Source of the DNA: a virus
Strand: one strand, 5' to 3'
DNA: 45,169 nucleotides
Virus record (IMG/VR): IMGVR_UViG_3300034069_000054
Location: 1 to 45,169 of that record
Positions 32,278 to 40,042 of the stretch are shown in pieces. Made by a program: the position numbers and the translations under genes. Within the stretch, counting starts at the first letter, position 1. Every line of letters starts with the position of its first letter. The notes under the pieces were generated by a model. The model searched no databases. It was not told the origin of the DNA and saw nothing but the letters and a program-made list of their open reading frames with translations.

Positions 32278-32314
32278 TTGCGCGGACTGCGACAAGTGGC
32301 GTAGCGTGTCCGGC
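32278..32314 (+). promoter_or_regulatory. SigA-type promoter TTGCGC-18 nt-TAGCGT, with the -10 ending 7 nt before ATG 32315 (leaderless early promoter)
   Basis: Hexamers at 32278-32283 and 32302-32307. No SD before the ATG. Located right after the late-operon terminator. Confidence 0.55.
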
Positions 32315-32545
32315 ATGACCAACCCCACCGAAACCCCACCCGTTGAAGAACTGACGTTGCAGGTCGCGGCCGAACGCTACGGCGTGAACCTGCGGACGTT
32401 GCAGAAGGCCGCGGAGCGCGGCGACGTCCTGGCGCACAAGAACGAGTTCGGCCGCTACGTCGTGGACGCCGAGAGTGTCCGTCTGTACGGCGAAATCGCG
32501 AAGGCGCGCGCCGCGCTGGCCGACTACATCGCGTCGAAGTCGTGA
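32315..32545 (+). CDS. Helix-turn-helix DNA-binding protein (76 aa; MerR/excisionase-like HTH)
   Basis: LTLQVAAERYGVNLRTLQKAAERGDV. The track ORF starts at GTG 32306, but that codon lies inside the -10 hexamer, so ATG 32315 is preferred. Confidence 0.7.
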   Translation: MTNPTETPPVEELTLQVAAERYGVNLRTLQKAAERGDVLAHKNEFGRYVVDAESVRLYGEIAKARAALADYIASKS

Positions 32546-32907
32546 GCGCGATCCGCGCATGGCGCGAACTGGCCGGCGACGCGCTGATCGCTGCCGGCGT
32601 CGTCGTCCGCGGACGTCCTGAGTTCAGCGCGCAGCCGCAGCTGATCGGCGGGCCGGCGCGCATCCAGCCGGCGACCATCCGATCAGCGCTCGACGAACTG
32701 CCCGATTCCCGCGTCCTGCGGATCGCGGCGACCATCATCGCCGGCTGGAAACCGATCCTGTTCACGTCGACCGAAGGCCGCGCCGCGGCCGGCGACGTGG
32801 ACGTGCTGATCGCGACGCTGCGCGACCGCGCCAACCAGTTCGAGGCCGTCGAGCGCGACGCCGACCGGCCGTTCCACCACCTGACCCCCGCACCCCGCGG
32901 AGAATAA
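32542..32907 (+). CDS. Hypothetical protein (121 aa)
   Basis: Track ORF with GTGA overlap. High GC3. Confidence 0.7.
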   Translation: MSAIRAWRELAGDALIAAGVVVRGRPEFSAQPQLIGGPARIQPATIRSALDELPDSRVLRIAATIIAGWKPILFTSTEGRAAAGDVDVLIATLRDRANQFEAVERDADRPFHHLTPAPRGE

Positions 32908-32912
32908 GAAAC

Positions 32913-32946
32913 GCGGCCGGCGCCCCAACCCCGAGGCGCCGACCGC
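32913..32946 (+). terminator. Hairpin (12-bp stem with one mismatch, 10-nt loop); possible attenuator
   Basis: GCGGCCGGCGCC ccaaccccga GGCGCCGACCGC. No U-tail. Confidence 0.35.
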
Positions 32947-32972
32947 ACGACACACCGAAGGATGAGTTCGAC

Positions 32973-33677
32973 ATGTCAGAGAACACGATACGGGCCGAAG
33001 CCATGACGCCAGACGAACAACCGCTGCCGTACCGGCCGCTGCTGCCCTACCGGCGCAACCCGGACGCCGACTGCGACCTGTGCTTCGAGCCGGCCGGCGA
33101 ACCGTGCGAACCGTACTGCATCGCGCGGCTGGACGCCGACGAGCAGATCGCGCACCGCGACGCCGTGATCGGCCGGACGATCGACGAACTGGACTGCACG
33201 CTGGGCACCGTCCCCGGCGCGCCGTGGGCGCCGTGGGCGAAGCGGCTGGACCCCGACTTCATCGACCTGGACCCCGAGGATTACGAGGTCCACGACCGGC
33301 CGATCGGCGCGCGCGCGTCGTCGTCGCTGTGGCGCGGTCGCTGGCGCGCCGTGCTGGCCGTCGCCGTGCTGATCCTGGTCCTGACCGCCGGCGCGCTGTG
33401 GTTCGCCGGCCACGCGAAGGCCGAGACGTTCGACGTGTGCCCGTCCGGGCTGTCGGGCGTCGCCACCCCGGACACCAGCTGCGCGTTCGCCGACAACGTG
33501 CGGCGCGCGTTCTACTGGCAACCGGGCTGGACCGTCATCGCGACGTCGCCAGTCACCGGCAAGTTCTACACGATGCAGTGCAGCCGGACCGCGACCGACG
33601 TCTGGGAGTGGACGAACCCGAAACGCTGCTTCGGAGTAAACGACGCCGGCGCCGTCCTGGTGGTCTACGTCGCATGA
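32973..33677 (+). CDS. Membrane protein (234 aa): Cys-containing N-terminal domain, one TM helix, and a C-terminal domain with four Cys
   Basis: Track ORF with SD GAAGGA. TM segment WRAVLAVAVLILVLTAGALWFAG. C-terminal CPSG...SCAF...MQCS...KRCF. Confidence 0.75.
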   Translation: MSENTIRAEAMTPDEQPLPYRPLLPYRRNPDADCDLCFEPAGEPCEPYCIARLDADEQIAHRDAVIGRTIDELDCTLGTVPGAPWAPWAKRLDPDFIDLDPEDYEVHDRPIGARASSSLWRGRWRAVLAVAVLILVLTAGALWFAGHAKAETFDVCPSGLSGVATPDTSCAFADNVRRAFYWQPGWTVIATSPVTGKFYTMQCSRTATDVWEWTNPKRCFGVNDAGAVLVVYVA

Positions 33678-33856
33678 GCGGCAGCATGGACGACCAGCAG
33701 GTCCGGCTGGTCAACGTGGACGACGAATGCGTGTTCGCCGTGATTGCGTTCCCGAACGGCGCCGTCGACCTCAAGAGCCGACTGGACGCCGACGAACTGG
33801 CCGCGGCGCTGCGCGCGCTGGCCGACGCGATCGACAAGAAGGCGGGCACCAACTGA
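33674..33856 (+). CDS. Hypothetical protein (60 aa)
   Basis: ATGA overlap. It is the C-terminal 60 aa of track ORF 33080..33856. Confidence 0.6.
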   Translation: MSGSMDDQQVRLVNVDDECVFAVIAFPNGAVDLKSRLDADELAAALRALADAIDKKAGTN

Positions 33857-34227
33857 TGACCACGACACAGGGGATCGTCGTCGGCGCCATCATCGGCGCG
33901 CTGCTGCTGCTGGCCGTGCTGGTCGAGCCGCCGGCGTTCATGCACCGGCTGTTCGGCCGGCTGGTCCAGGCCACGGACGCCGTGTTCGGCCGGCTGGCTG
34001 TCTACCGGCACACCGGCGAGCACCGGCCGGCGGACGGCCGGCTGACGCTCGACCAGATCCGGGCGCGGCTGCTGCGCGAATCGACGCTGTTCCTGACCAT
34101 CACGCCGGACGTCCAGGGGTTCAGCGCCGAGATACGGCGCGGGATCGAACGGGTCGAAATTGTGGCGATCGGCGGCGGCGGCGCTGGCCGCGGAGTCGTC
34201 GACCCGCACGCTGGGATCGCCGGATGA
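33856..34227 (+). CDS. Hypothetical membrane-anchored protein (123 aa)
   Basis: TGATG overlap. N-terminal hydrophobic helix GIVVGAIIGALLLLAVLV. It is the C-terminal 123 aa of track ORF 33727..34227. Confidence 0.6.
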   Translation: MTTTQGIVVGAIIGALLLLAVLVEPPAFMHRLFGRLVQATDAVFGRLAVYRHTGEHRPADGRLTLDQIRARLLRESTLFLTITPDVQGFSAEIRRGIERVEIVAIGGGGAGRGVVDPHAGIAG

Positions 34228-34556
34228 GACACCCGCGCGAGTGGTTCGCCACCGAACCCGACATTGACGAGTACACACCGCGGCCGACGCGTTGGTGGCA
34301 CTGGAACCGCGAGTGGTACGGCGGACCGGGCTACGGGCCGGATTCACGCTGGCGCCTGTCGGTCGGCGACATTGTGGCCGACAGCGAGCACGCCAGCGGC
34401 GAAGCCGACGGGTGGCAGTTCGGGGTCGACGTGCGGTTCTGGGAGGACACCGGCCAGTTCGCATACGACAACGACGACCGCTGGCACGACCACAGCGTGA
34501 CCGTCATCTTCCTGCGCTGGGGGATCTACTTCGCATGGCGTGGCGGGAGGAAGTGA
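34224..34556 (+). CDS. Hypothetical Trp-rich protein (110 aa)
   Basis: ATGA overlap. It is the C-terminal 110 aa of track ORF 33744..34556. Confidence 0.6.
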   Translation: MRHPREWFATEPDIDEYTPRPTRWWHWNREWYGGPGYGPDSRWRLSVGDIVADSEHASGEADGWQFGVDVRFWEDTGQFAYDNDDRWHDHSVTVIFLRWGIYFAWRGGRK

Positions 34557-34559
34557 GCC

Positions 34560-34787
34560 ATGGGGCGCGCAACCGGGATATGGGACCACGGCCGCGGGCC
34601 GAACGGGAAGCGACTGGCGAACCCCCGCGACCCGGTGGTCCGGCGCGCGCTCGAACGGACCTGCCCGGTCTGCAACGTCGAACCGGGTGTCTGGTGCATC
34701 GGAGTGGCCGAGAACAGCCGGACGTGTGGCCGGCAGCGGACACGGCTGCACTTCGACCGGGCGCAGTTCGTCGAGGTACCAGCATGA
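34560..34787 (+). CDS. Small zinc-finger-like protein (75 aa), possibly DNA-binding
   Basis: Track ORF. CPVCNVEPGVWC ... C ... RLHFDR pattern. Confidence 0.6.
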   Translation: MGRATGIWDHGRGPNGKRLANPRDPVVRRALERTCPVCNVEPGVWCIGVAENSRTCGRQRTRLHFDRAQFVEVPA

Positions 34788-34951
34788 GGGCATGTCTGGC
34801 CGGCGCGGTCGCCGGCGCCCTGGTCGCGCTGCTGGTCCTGGCAATCGGCCTGACGGCCGCGGCGTTCGTGGCGATCGCCGTCGCGCTGGTCGCGATCGTC
34901 CTGGGCGCCGTCGACTACGTGCGGTCGCGGCCGGACCGCCGGCATGGCTGA
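34784..34951 (+). CDS. Small membrane protein (55 aa, two hydrophobic helices)
   Basis: ATGA overlap. It is the C-terminal 55 aa of track ORF 34292..34951 (CLAGAVAGALVALLVLAIGLTAAAFVAIAVALVAIVLGAV). Confidence 0.55.
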   Translation: MRACLAGAVAGALVALLVLAIGLTAAAFVAIAVALVAIVLGAVDYVRSRPDRRHG

Positions 34952-35267
34952 CGGCCGCGACTGGCCTGGGTGGTCGCTGCGGTTCTGCCCGGTCTGCGGA
35001 CAGCGCACCGGAACGCACCGGATACCCGACGAGAAGCACGGCGAACTGGTCGTCTACCACGACCACGACGACACGACCGGCGAACGCTGCATCTTCGCCG
35101 GCGACCAGGCCGCGATCCGCGCCGTGGCGTTCACCGCGGCCGACACCGGCACCAGTCCGCGGCGCACCGCGGAAGAGAACCTGTCGACCCCGCGCGGCAC
35201 GATGACGCGAGCGGCCGACGAACTACTGGCACGACTGACCGACCAAGAAAGGCACCCCCACCAGTGA
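34944..35267 (+). CDS. Hypothetical protein (107 aa) with a zinc-ribbon-like CPVC ... C motif
   Basis: Track ORF with an 8-nt overlap. Confidence 0.65.
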   Translation: MADGRDWPGWSLRFCPVCGQRTGTHRIPDEKHGELVVYHDHDDTTGERCIFAGDQAAIRAVAFTAADTGTSPRRTAEENLSTPRGTMTRAADELLARLTDQERHPHQ

Positions 35268-35416
35268 AGATCGGACTATCCGAAGAGGCACACCAGCGGT
35301 CTACCGACATGATCCAGGCGATCGACCGGCTGACCGCAGCGATCGAAGCGAACACGGAGGCGATCACCGAGGCGAACGACCTCAAGGACGCCGAACTGAA
35401 CGGGCCGCGCGGATGA
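35264..35416 (+). CDS. Hypothetical small helical protein (50 aa)
   Basis: GTGA overlap. It is the C-terminal 50 aa of track ORF 34970..35416. Confidence 0.5.
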   Translation: MKIGLSEEAHQRSTDMIQAIDRLTAAIEANTEAITEANDLKDAELNGPRG

Positions 35417-35817
35417 GCGGCGACGACTGGGCGCTGTTCGGCGACGACGGCACGCCGGCGCAGTTCCCCGAGATTCCGGCCCGCGAGCACGCGCGCCGCA
35501 GCGACCCGGAGGCGTCGCACGACGCGGCGCGGCAGCTGACCACCGCGGGGTCGCACTGTCTGGCGATGCTGCGACACTTCGGCGAGGTCGGCGAGGCCGG
35601 CGCCACCGACGAGGAAGCCGGCTACGCCGGCGGGCTGGTTCGCGACAGCCTGGGCAAGCGCGGCGCGGATCTGCGCCGGTTGGGGCTGGTCGACTGGGTG
35701 CGCGACGAGGAAGGGCAGATCGTGCGACGTGTGGCGCTGACGGGCCGCAAGATCGGAGTATCGCGGATCACCGAGGCCGGCCGCGAGGAACTGCGCCGGC
35801 AGGGCGTGAACGCATGA
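35413..35817 (+). CDS. Putative winged-helix DNA-binding protein (134 aa)
   Basis: Track ORF with ATGA overlap. MarR-like layout (CLAMLRHFGEVGEAGATDEEAG ... RRLGLVDWVRDE ... RRVALTGRKIGVSRITEAG). Confidence 0.55.
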   Translation: MSGDDWALFGDDGTPAQFPEIPAREHARRSDPEASHDAARQLTTAGSHCLAMLRHFGEVGEAGATDEEAGYAGGLVRDSLGKRGADLRRLGLVDWVRDEEGQIVRRVALTGRKIGVSRITEAGREELRRQGVNA

Positions 35818-36893
35818 CGGCCGGCGCGGTCCGGCCGCTCAAGTGCCAGAACTGCGGTTTCTCGAACCGTCACAGCCGGCAGCGGGCCGGCGAAGTGCCG
35901 GCGTTCTGTGTGGAGCACGAAGTCTGGCTGTGCTTCGGCTGCCGCGACGTCCTGGACTGCTCGACGCGCGGGCACCGCTTCGTCGACACGGCGCCGCGGC
36001 GCGACTACACCGACGCGGTTCCGCCGAACGACGGGATCTATGCCACCGTGACCGAAGAGGTCTATCACGGCGACCTGGGATCGCTGTCGTCGAGCGGCGC
36101 CCGCGCGCTGCTGTCGACGACGCCGGAAGAGTTCGACTACGGCCGGCGCAACGATCGCGGCGTGAACAAAAACTACGACTTCGGGCACGCGGCGCACAAA
36201 ATGGTCCTGGGCAAAGGCGCCGCGCTGGGTCTGCTCGACCCGAAGGTGTGCGGACACGGCAAGGACGGGAAGCTGGCGAAAGAGCCGGCGCGGACAGCTG
36301 AGTGGCAGGCCGCAGCGGCGAAGTATCGCCGTGAGGGCAAGATCCCGATGCCGAAGTGGGACATGGACAAGGCGCAGACGATGGCCGGCCGCGTGTTCCA
36401 GCACCGGATCGCCGGCCGGCTGTTGTCGAAGGGATCGGCTGAGCACAGCATCTACTGGCACGACGACGCGACCGGGGTCCGGCTGCGCTGCCGGCCGGAC
36501 TTCCTGACCGACGGGCTGGGCCGGACCATCTGCATCGACTACAAGACCGCGACCAGCGCGAACCCGGCGCAATTCCAGAAGGCCGTCGTCGACTACGGAT
36601 ACCACCAGCAGCAGGCGTTCTACGAAGACGGGCTGGCCGAAATCGGCCTGGATAACGTCGGGTTCCTGTTCATCGTCCAGTCGAAGTCGGCGCCGTTCAC
36701 CGTGTCCGTGTGCCGGATCAAGCCGGAAGTGGTCGAACTGGGCCGGCGCCAGAACCGCGCAGCGATCGAACTGTTCGCGCGCTGCACAGAGTCCGGCCAG
36801 TGGCCGGGTTACGACGGAATCCACGAAGTCGGCATGGCCGGCTGGGCGACGTCACAGATCGAAGAGTCGCTGGAACGGTTCTACGCGACGTGA
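35814..36893 (+). CDS. PD-(D/E)XK (Cas4/RecB-family) exonuclease with an N-terminal Cys-rich extension
   Basis: CRPDFL...ICIDYKT...GYHQQQAFY motifs. N-terminal CQNCG...CVEH...CFGC...C. Immediately upstream of recT. Confidence 0.8.
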   Translation: MTAGAVRPLKCQNCGFSNRHSRQRAGEVPAFCVEHEVWLCFGCRDVLDCSTRGHRFVDTAPRRDYTDAVPPNDGIYATVTEEVYHGDLGSLSSSGARALLSTTPEEFDYGRRNDRGVNKNYDFGHAAHKMVLGKGAALGLLDPKVCGHGKDGKLAKEPARTAEWQAAAAKYRREGKIPMPKWDMDKAQTMAGRVFQHRIAGRLLSKGSAEHSIYWHDDATGVRLRCRPDFLTDGLGRTICIDYKTATSANPAQFQKAVVDYGYHQQQAFYEDGLAEIGLDNVGFLFIVQSKSAPFTVSVCRIKPEVVELGRRQNRAAIELFARCTESGQWPGYDGIHEVGMAGWATSQIEESLERFYAT

Positions 36894-36901
36894 GCACCAC
36901 C

Positions 36902-36913
36902 CCCACCAGGAGA
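36902..36913 (+). promoter_or_regulatory. Start-associated motif CCCACCAGGAGA, followed by a second SD (GAGGAAG)
   Basis: Lies upstream of ATG 36926. Confidence 0.45.
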
Positions 36914-36925
36914 AATGAGGAAGCA

Positions 36926-38308
36926 ATGCCCAACGAAATCGCGCACCACGACCAGGACGCCGGCACGCTCGAAGTGTTCCCGCCGGTGCGGGCGCGCCAG
37001 TCGACGGCCGTCGCTGCGCTGCACGAACACGCCGAGGTCTATAACACGGCGTGGAAGCTGGCCGGCCAGCTGGTGCGAACCAGCCTGATCCCGAAGCGGC
37101 TGTTCGGGAAGCAGGCCGACGCGACCGCGGCGATCCTGTACGGCGCCGAACTGGGATTGAAGCCGTGGCAGGCCGTCCAGCGCGTGATCCCGATTCACGG
37201 TATGCCGACGCTCGAATCGCGGACCATGGTCGGGTTGCTCAAGCAGGCCGGCTACAAGGTTCGCACCGTCGAGCAGTCCGACGAGTCCGTGACCGTCGTC
37301 GGCCGCGACCACGACGGCGACGAGTACCGCTCGACGTGGACGATCGCGCGGGCGAAGCGCGCCGGCTACGTGCCGACGCCGAAGCCGGGAGTCGAGAACC
37401 CCGACCCGCTGAACGACGACGACTGGGTGAGCGTCGAGAAGTTCTGGGACGGCAAGCGCAAGGTGTCCGTGCTGGGCAACATGAAGTACATCACCGACCC
37501 GCAGACGATGCTCAAAGCGAAGGCGCAGGCCGAGGTCTGCCGCGAAATGGCGCCCGACGTGCTCATGGGTCTGGGCTACTCGAAGGAAGACCTGGAATCG
37601 GAGACGTTCGACGAGCCGGAACCGGCCCGCGCGCCGTCGAACGTGGTCACCGAAGACGAAATCTTCGCCGAGGAAGTCCCCCTGGACGACCAGAAGCCGG
37701 CGCCGGCGCCCGAGCCGGCCGCGGAACCTGCCGCGGAGCCGGCCAGCGCGCCGCAGGACGAGACGGCAGCCGATCCGGCGCCGACACCACCAGAGACGCC
37801 GGCCGGCGCCGTGACAACCGACCAGGGCGACGAAGCTCAGGCCGACCCCCAACCGGCGCCGGCCGCGCAACCGTCCGGGCCGACCGCGGAGCAGATCGCG
37901 GCGCAGACGAAGCAGGCCGAGGCCGACCAGCAGGCCGCGGAGGCGTCGAAGCGGATCAGCGCGAAGCGCAACACCGCGCCGGCCGCGGACCCGGATCGGC
38001 CGAAATCGCGGATGCGGAAGGCGCTCGAAAAGCGGCTGTACGGGCTGCTGGGCGACGCCGGATACGGCGACGACGCGAACCGGGACGGCAAGATCGCGCT
38101 GTATCAGGGCATCCTGGGCCGGCCGGACGTGACGAGCACCGACGACCTGGACGACCACGCGATCGGGCTGGTCGCCGACAAGCTGTATTCCTGGCAGCAG
38201 CAGAACGTCCTGGTGGACGAGGCGGACGCCACCGTGGCCCGCGTCGTCGCCGGCGACACGTCCGCGGACCAGCCGGCCGCGGACCCCACCAGTGAAGGGA
38301 ACGAGTGA
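36926..38308 (+). CDS. recT: RecT-family single-strand annealing protein with a Pro/Ala/Glu-rich linker and an extra C-terminal domain (460 aa)
   Basis: ATG at residue 73 of track ORF 36710..38308. The N-terminal ~230 aa is RecT-like (SLIPKRLFGKQADATAAILYGAELGL...IPIHG). Paired with the upstream exonuclease. Confidence 0.75.
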   Translation: MPNEIAHHDQDAGTLEVFPPVRARQSTAVAALHEHAEVYNTAWKLAGQLVRTSLIPKRLFGKQADATAAILYGAELGLKPWQAVQRVIPIHGMPTLESRTMVGLLKQAGYKVRTVEQSDESVTVVGRDHDGDEYRSTWTIARAKRAGYVPTPKPGVENPDPLNDDDWVSVEKFWDGKRKVSVLGNMKYITDPQTMLKAKAQAEVCREMAPDVLMGLGYSKEDLESETFDEPEPARAPSNVVTEDEIFAEEVPLDDQKPAPAPEPAAEPAAEPASAPQDETAADPAPTPPETPAGAVTTDQGDEAQADPQPAPAAQPSGPTAEQIAAQTKQAEADQQAAEASKRISAKRNTAPAADPDRPKSRMRKALEKRLYGLLGDAGYGDDANRDGKIALYQGILGRPDVTSTDDLDDHAIGLVADKLYSWQQQNVLVDEADATVARVVAGDTSADQPAADPTSEGNE

Positions 38309-38482
38309 GTGGATAGCACCGAACGCGAGGCGCGGGACACCGCGCTTCGACAGGCGATCGCGAACGATCCGGGCGCCAGCGCGGACGTCATCGTGAGCGA
38401 CGCCGACCAGTTCCGGCGCTTCCTGATGGGCGAACCCCAGAAGGACGACGCCGAGAACCCCGACGACGCGAAGGTGGTCTGA
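38309..38482 (+). CDS. Hypothetical small acidic protein (57 aa)
   Basis: Not in the ORF track. GTG directly after the recT stop. 58 codons counted by hand, ending at TGA 38480-38482. High GC3. Confidence 0.45.
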   Translation: MDSTEREARDTALRQAIANDPGASADVIVSDADQFRRFLMGEPQKDDAENPDDAKVV

Positions 38483-38484
38483 CC

Positions 38485-39027
38485 GTGGGACTTGTGACCG
38501 ACCAGCCCGAAGGTCTGCCGAGCACGAACGAACTGGACAACGTGGAAGATCCCGACCAGCCGCAGGAGCGCGGCGAACGGGCCGAAATCTTCCTGTCCGG
38601 CGCGCACGTCGCCACGCTCGACAACGCACCGCGCGGACTCGAACGCGTGACGCTGATGGTCGAACTGGAAGTGACCGAAGAGGCGACCAGGTTCACCGAG
38701 AACGGCGAAGTGGAAGTGCCGATCCGGCGCTGCCGGCGCGTCGGCGACATGTGGCGACCTGGGACGCCGAAGCCGCCGACCCGCGAGGAAATCAAGGCCA
38801 TGGCCGACGCTGCGAAGGCGAAGGCGCAGGCCGAGCAGCTGGCAGCGGAGCAGGCCGAGCAGGAGCACAACGAACCGCCGATGTTCGACGAGGACGGCAA
38901 CCCGATCAGCGACGACGCCGGCGACCCGGCGGACGCCGAAGACGTGGAGAGCGACGGCACCGCCGCGATCCGCGACGACGGACTGGGCGGGACCGGCGTC
39001 GAGTTCTCCGACAAGCTGGGAACGTGA
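38485..39027 (+). CDS. Hypothetical acidic protein (180 aa)
   Basis: Track ORF with GTG start. Confidence 0.65.
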   Translation: MGLVTDQPEGLPSTNELDNVEDPDQPQERGERAEIFLSGAHVATLDNAPRGLERVTLMVELEVTEEATRFTENGEVEVPIRRCRRVGDMWRPGTPKPPTREEIKAMADAAKAKAQAEQLAAEQAEQEHNEPPMFDEDGNPISDDAGDPADAEDVESDGTAAIRDDGLGGTGVEFSDKLGT

Positions 39028-39344
39028 GGCCGATCTACGTCCGGCAGAACGAGGCCGGACCGAACGCGGGCAACACCGGCGACTACTGGTATTCGATCAG
39101 CATGGGCAACGGCGAACCCATCCTGACGTCGAAGATGTACCGCAGTCGCGCGCGTGCGATCCGGGCGGCGCGCGCGTTCATCGCGCGGCTGTCTGGACCT
39201 GTGACGTTCTCCTACTGGACCGGGTACACGCCGACCCACCAGGCCGAACGGATGGCGCTGGGCCGTGAACCCCGCGGCAAGCTGACGCTGGTCACGGAGC
39301 GATACGAACTGCCCGACGGCGATCTGATCGCCGACACGGCATAA
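39024..39344 (+). CDS. Hypothetical protein (106 aa), YegP/DUF1508-like segment
   Basis: GTGA overlap. It is the C-terminal 106 aa of track ORF 38751..39344. YWYSISMGNGEPILTSKMYRSRARAIRAARAF resembles the DUF1508 repeat pattern (judged from memory, not searched). Confidence 0.55.
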   Translation: MRPIYVRQNEAGPNAGNTGDYWYSISMGNGEPILTSKMYRSRARAIRAARAFIARLSGPVTFSYWTGYTPTHQAERMALGREPRGKLTLVTERYELPDGDLIADTA

Positions 39345-39348
39345 GACC

Positions 39349-39385
39349 GGGCGCCGGCCGGTCAAGCAGCGGCCGGCCGGCGCCC
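39349..39385 (+). terminator. Strong GC hairpin (13-bp perfect stem GGGCGCCGGCCGG / CCGGCCGGCGCCC)
   Basis: Read directly, 5 nt after the stop at 39344. No U-tail. Confidence 0.45.
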
Positions 39386-39391
39386 ACCTAT

Positions 39392-39404
39392 CCCACCAGG
39401 AAGG
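39392..39404 (+). promoter_or_regulatory. Start-associated motif CCCACCAGGAAGG
   Basis: Ends 6 nt before ATG 39411. An extra CCCACC lies 9 nt upstream. Confidence 0.5.
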
Positions 39405-39410
39405 CACACC

Positions 39411-39746
39411 ATGGCCGAAGGGCACCAGGCGATCGACCAGGCGATCGCCGAGCACGAAATCCGCGAGTACGCCGAGCAGCTGGGCTATCACGTCGGCATC
39501 CTGACCGACGGCACAATCGTCTGCGAACCGCGGCCGGACCCGACGCACTGCGCGACGTGTCGCGCCGGCGCGGCCGACTGGCACGACCGGGCGCCGGCCG
39601 GCAGCGAAGGCGGCGACAACTGCGCCAGCTGCGACGAGGAACTGACCGTGCTCACGCGCTGCCAGCGCGTCGTCCAGGACGAAGGGCTGTCGTTCCATCT
39701 GCGGTTCCTGTGCGAACGCTGCTACGCGCGGGAAACCGCCGGCTGA
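39411..39746 (+). CDS. Cys-rich hypothetical protein (111 aa), zinc-ribbon-like
   Basis: Track ORF. C..C pairs HCATC, CASC and CERC. Confidence 0.7.
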   Translation: MAEGHQAIDQAIAEHEIREYAEQLGYHVGILTDGTIVCEPRPDPTHCATCRAGAADWHDRAPAGSEGGDNCASCDEELTVLTRCQRVVQDEGLSFHLRFLCERCYARETAG

Positions 39747-40042
39747 TGCCCCGGATCACGGCCGGCCAGATGCGCTCGAACTGGACCGGCACGGCGCCGG
39801 CGTGCCGCGGCTGCGGCGTGCTGCTGGCCCGCGTCGAGGCCGGCGACGCCGAGCACCGGCCAGACTGCACCGTCGAACCGTCCCCGCTGTTCTGTTCCTA
39901 CCCCGACTGCGACGAAATGCGACTGCCGGCCGAGGCGCGCGAGGCGCTGGCGAAAGGCCGGCTGTGGCAGTTCCTCCCCCACCCCCCACCAGGGCGCTAC
40001 CTGTGTCCTGACCACCACCAGAAGAGAGGCACCACCCCATGA
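39746..40042 (+). CDS. Cys-rich hypothetical protein (98 aa)
   Basis: TGATG overlap. It is the C-terminal 98 aa of track ORF 39557..40042. CRGC, PDC, CSYPDC and CPDHH. Confidence 0.6.
   Translation: MPRITAGQMRSNWTGTAPACRGCGVLLARVEAGDAEHRPDCTVEPSPLFCSYPDCDEMRLPAEAREALAKGRLWQFLPHPPPGRYLCPDHHQKRGTTP

Noticed and set aside
32306-32314. GTG 32306 as the start of the HTH gene (as in the ORF track)
   Set aside because: The codon lies within the predicted -10 hexamer TAGCGT, and there is no SD. ATG 32315 fits the same leaderless geometry seen at 43597 and 44851. Not excluded experimentally.
34140-34200. VEIVAIGGGGAGRG in the 33856..34227 product as a Rossmann dinucleotide-binding motif, or as a truncated copy of the fibre glycine-rich domain
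   Set aside because: It sits in the last 35 residues of a 123-aa membrane-anchored protein, so there is no room for a Rossmann fold. The similarity to the fibre motif (hhVLGGGGGG) is too short to distinguish from chance in Gly-codon-rich DNA.
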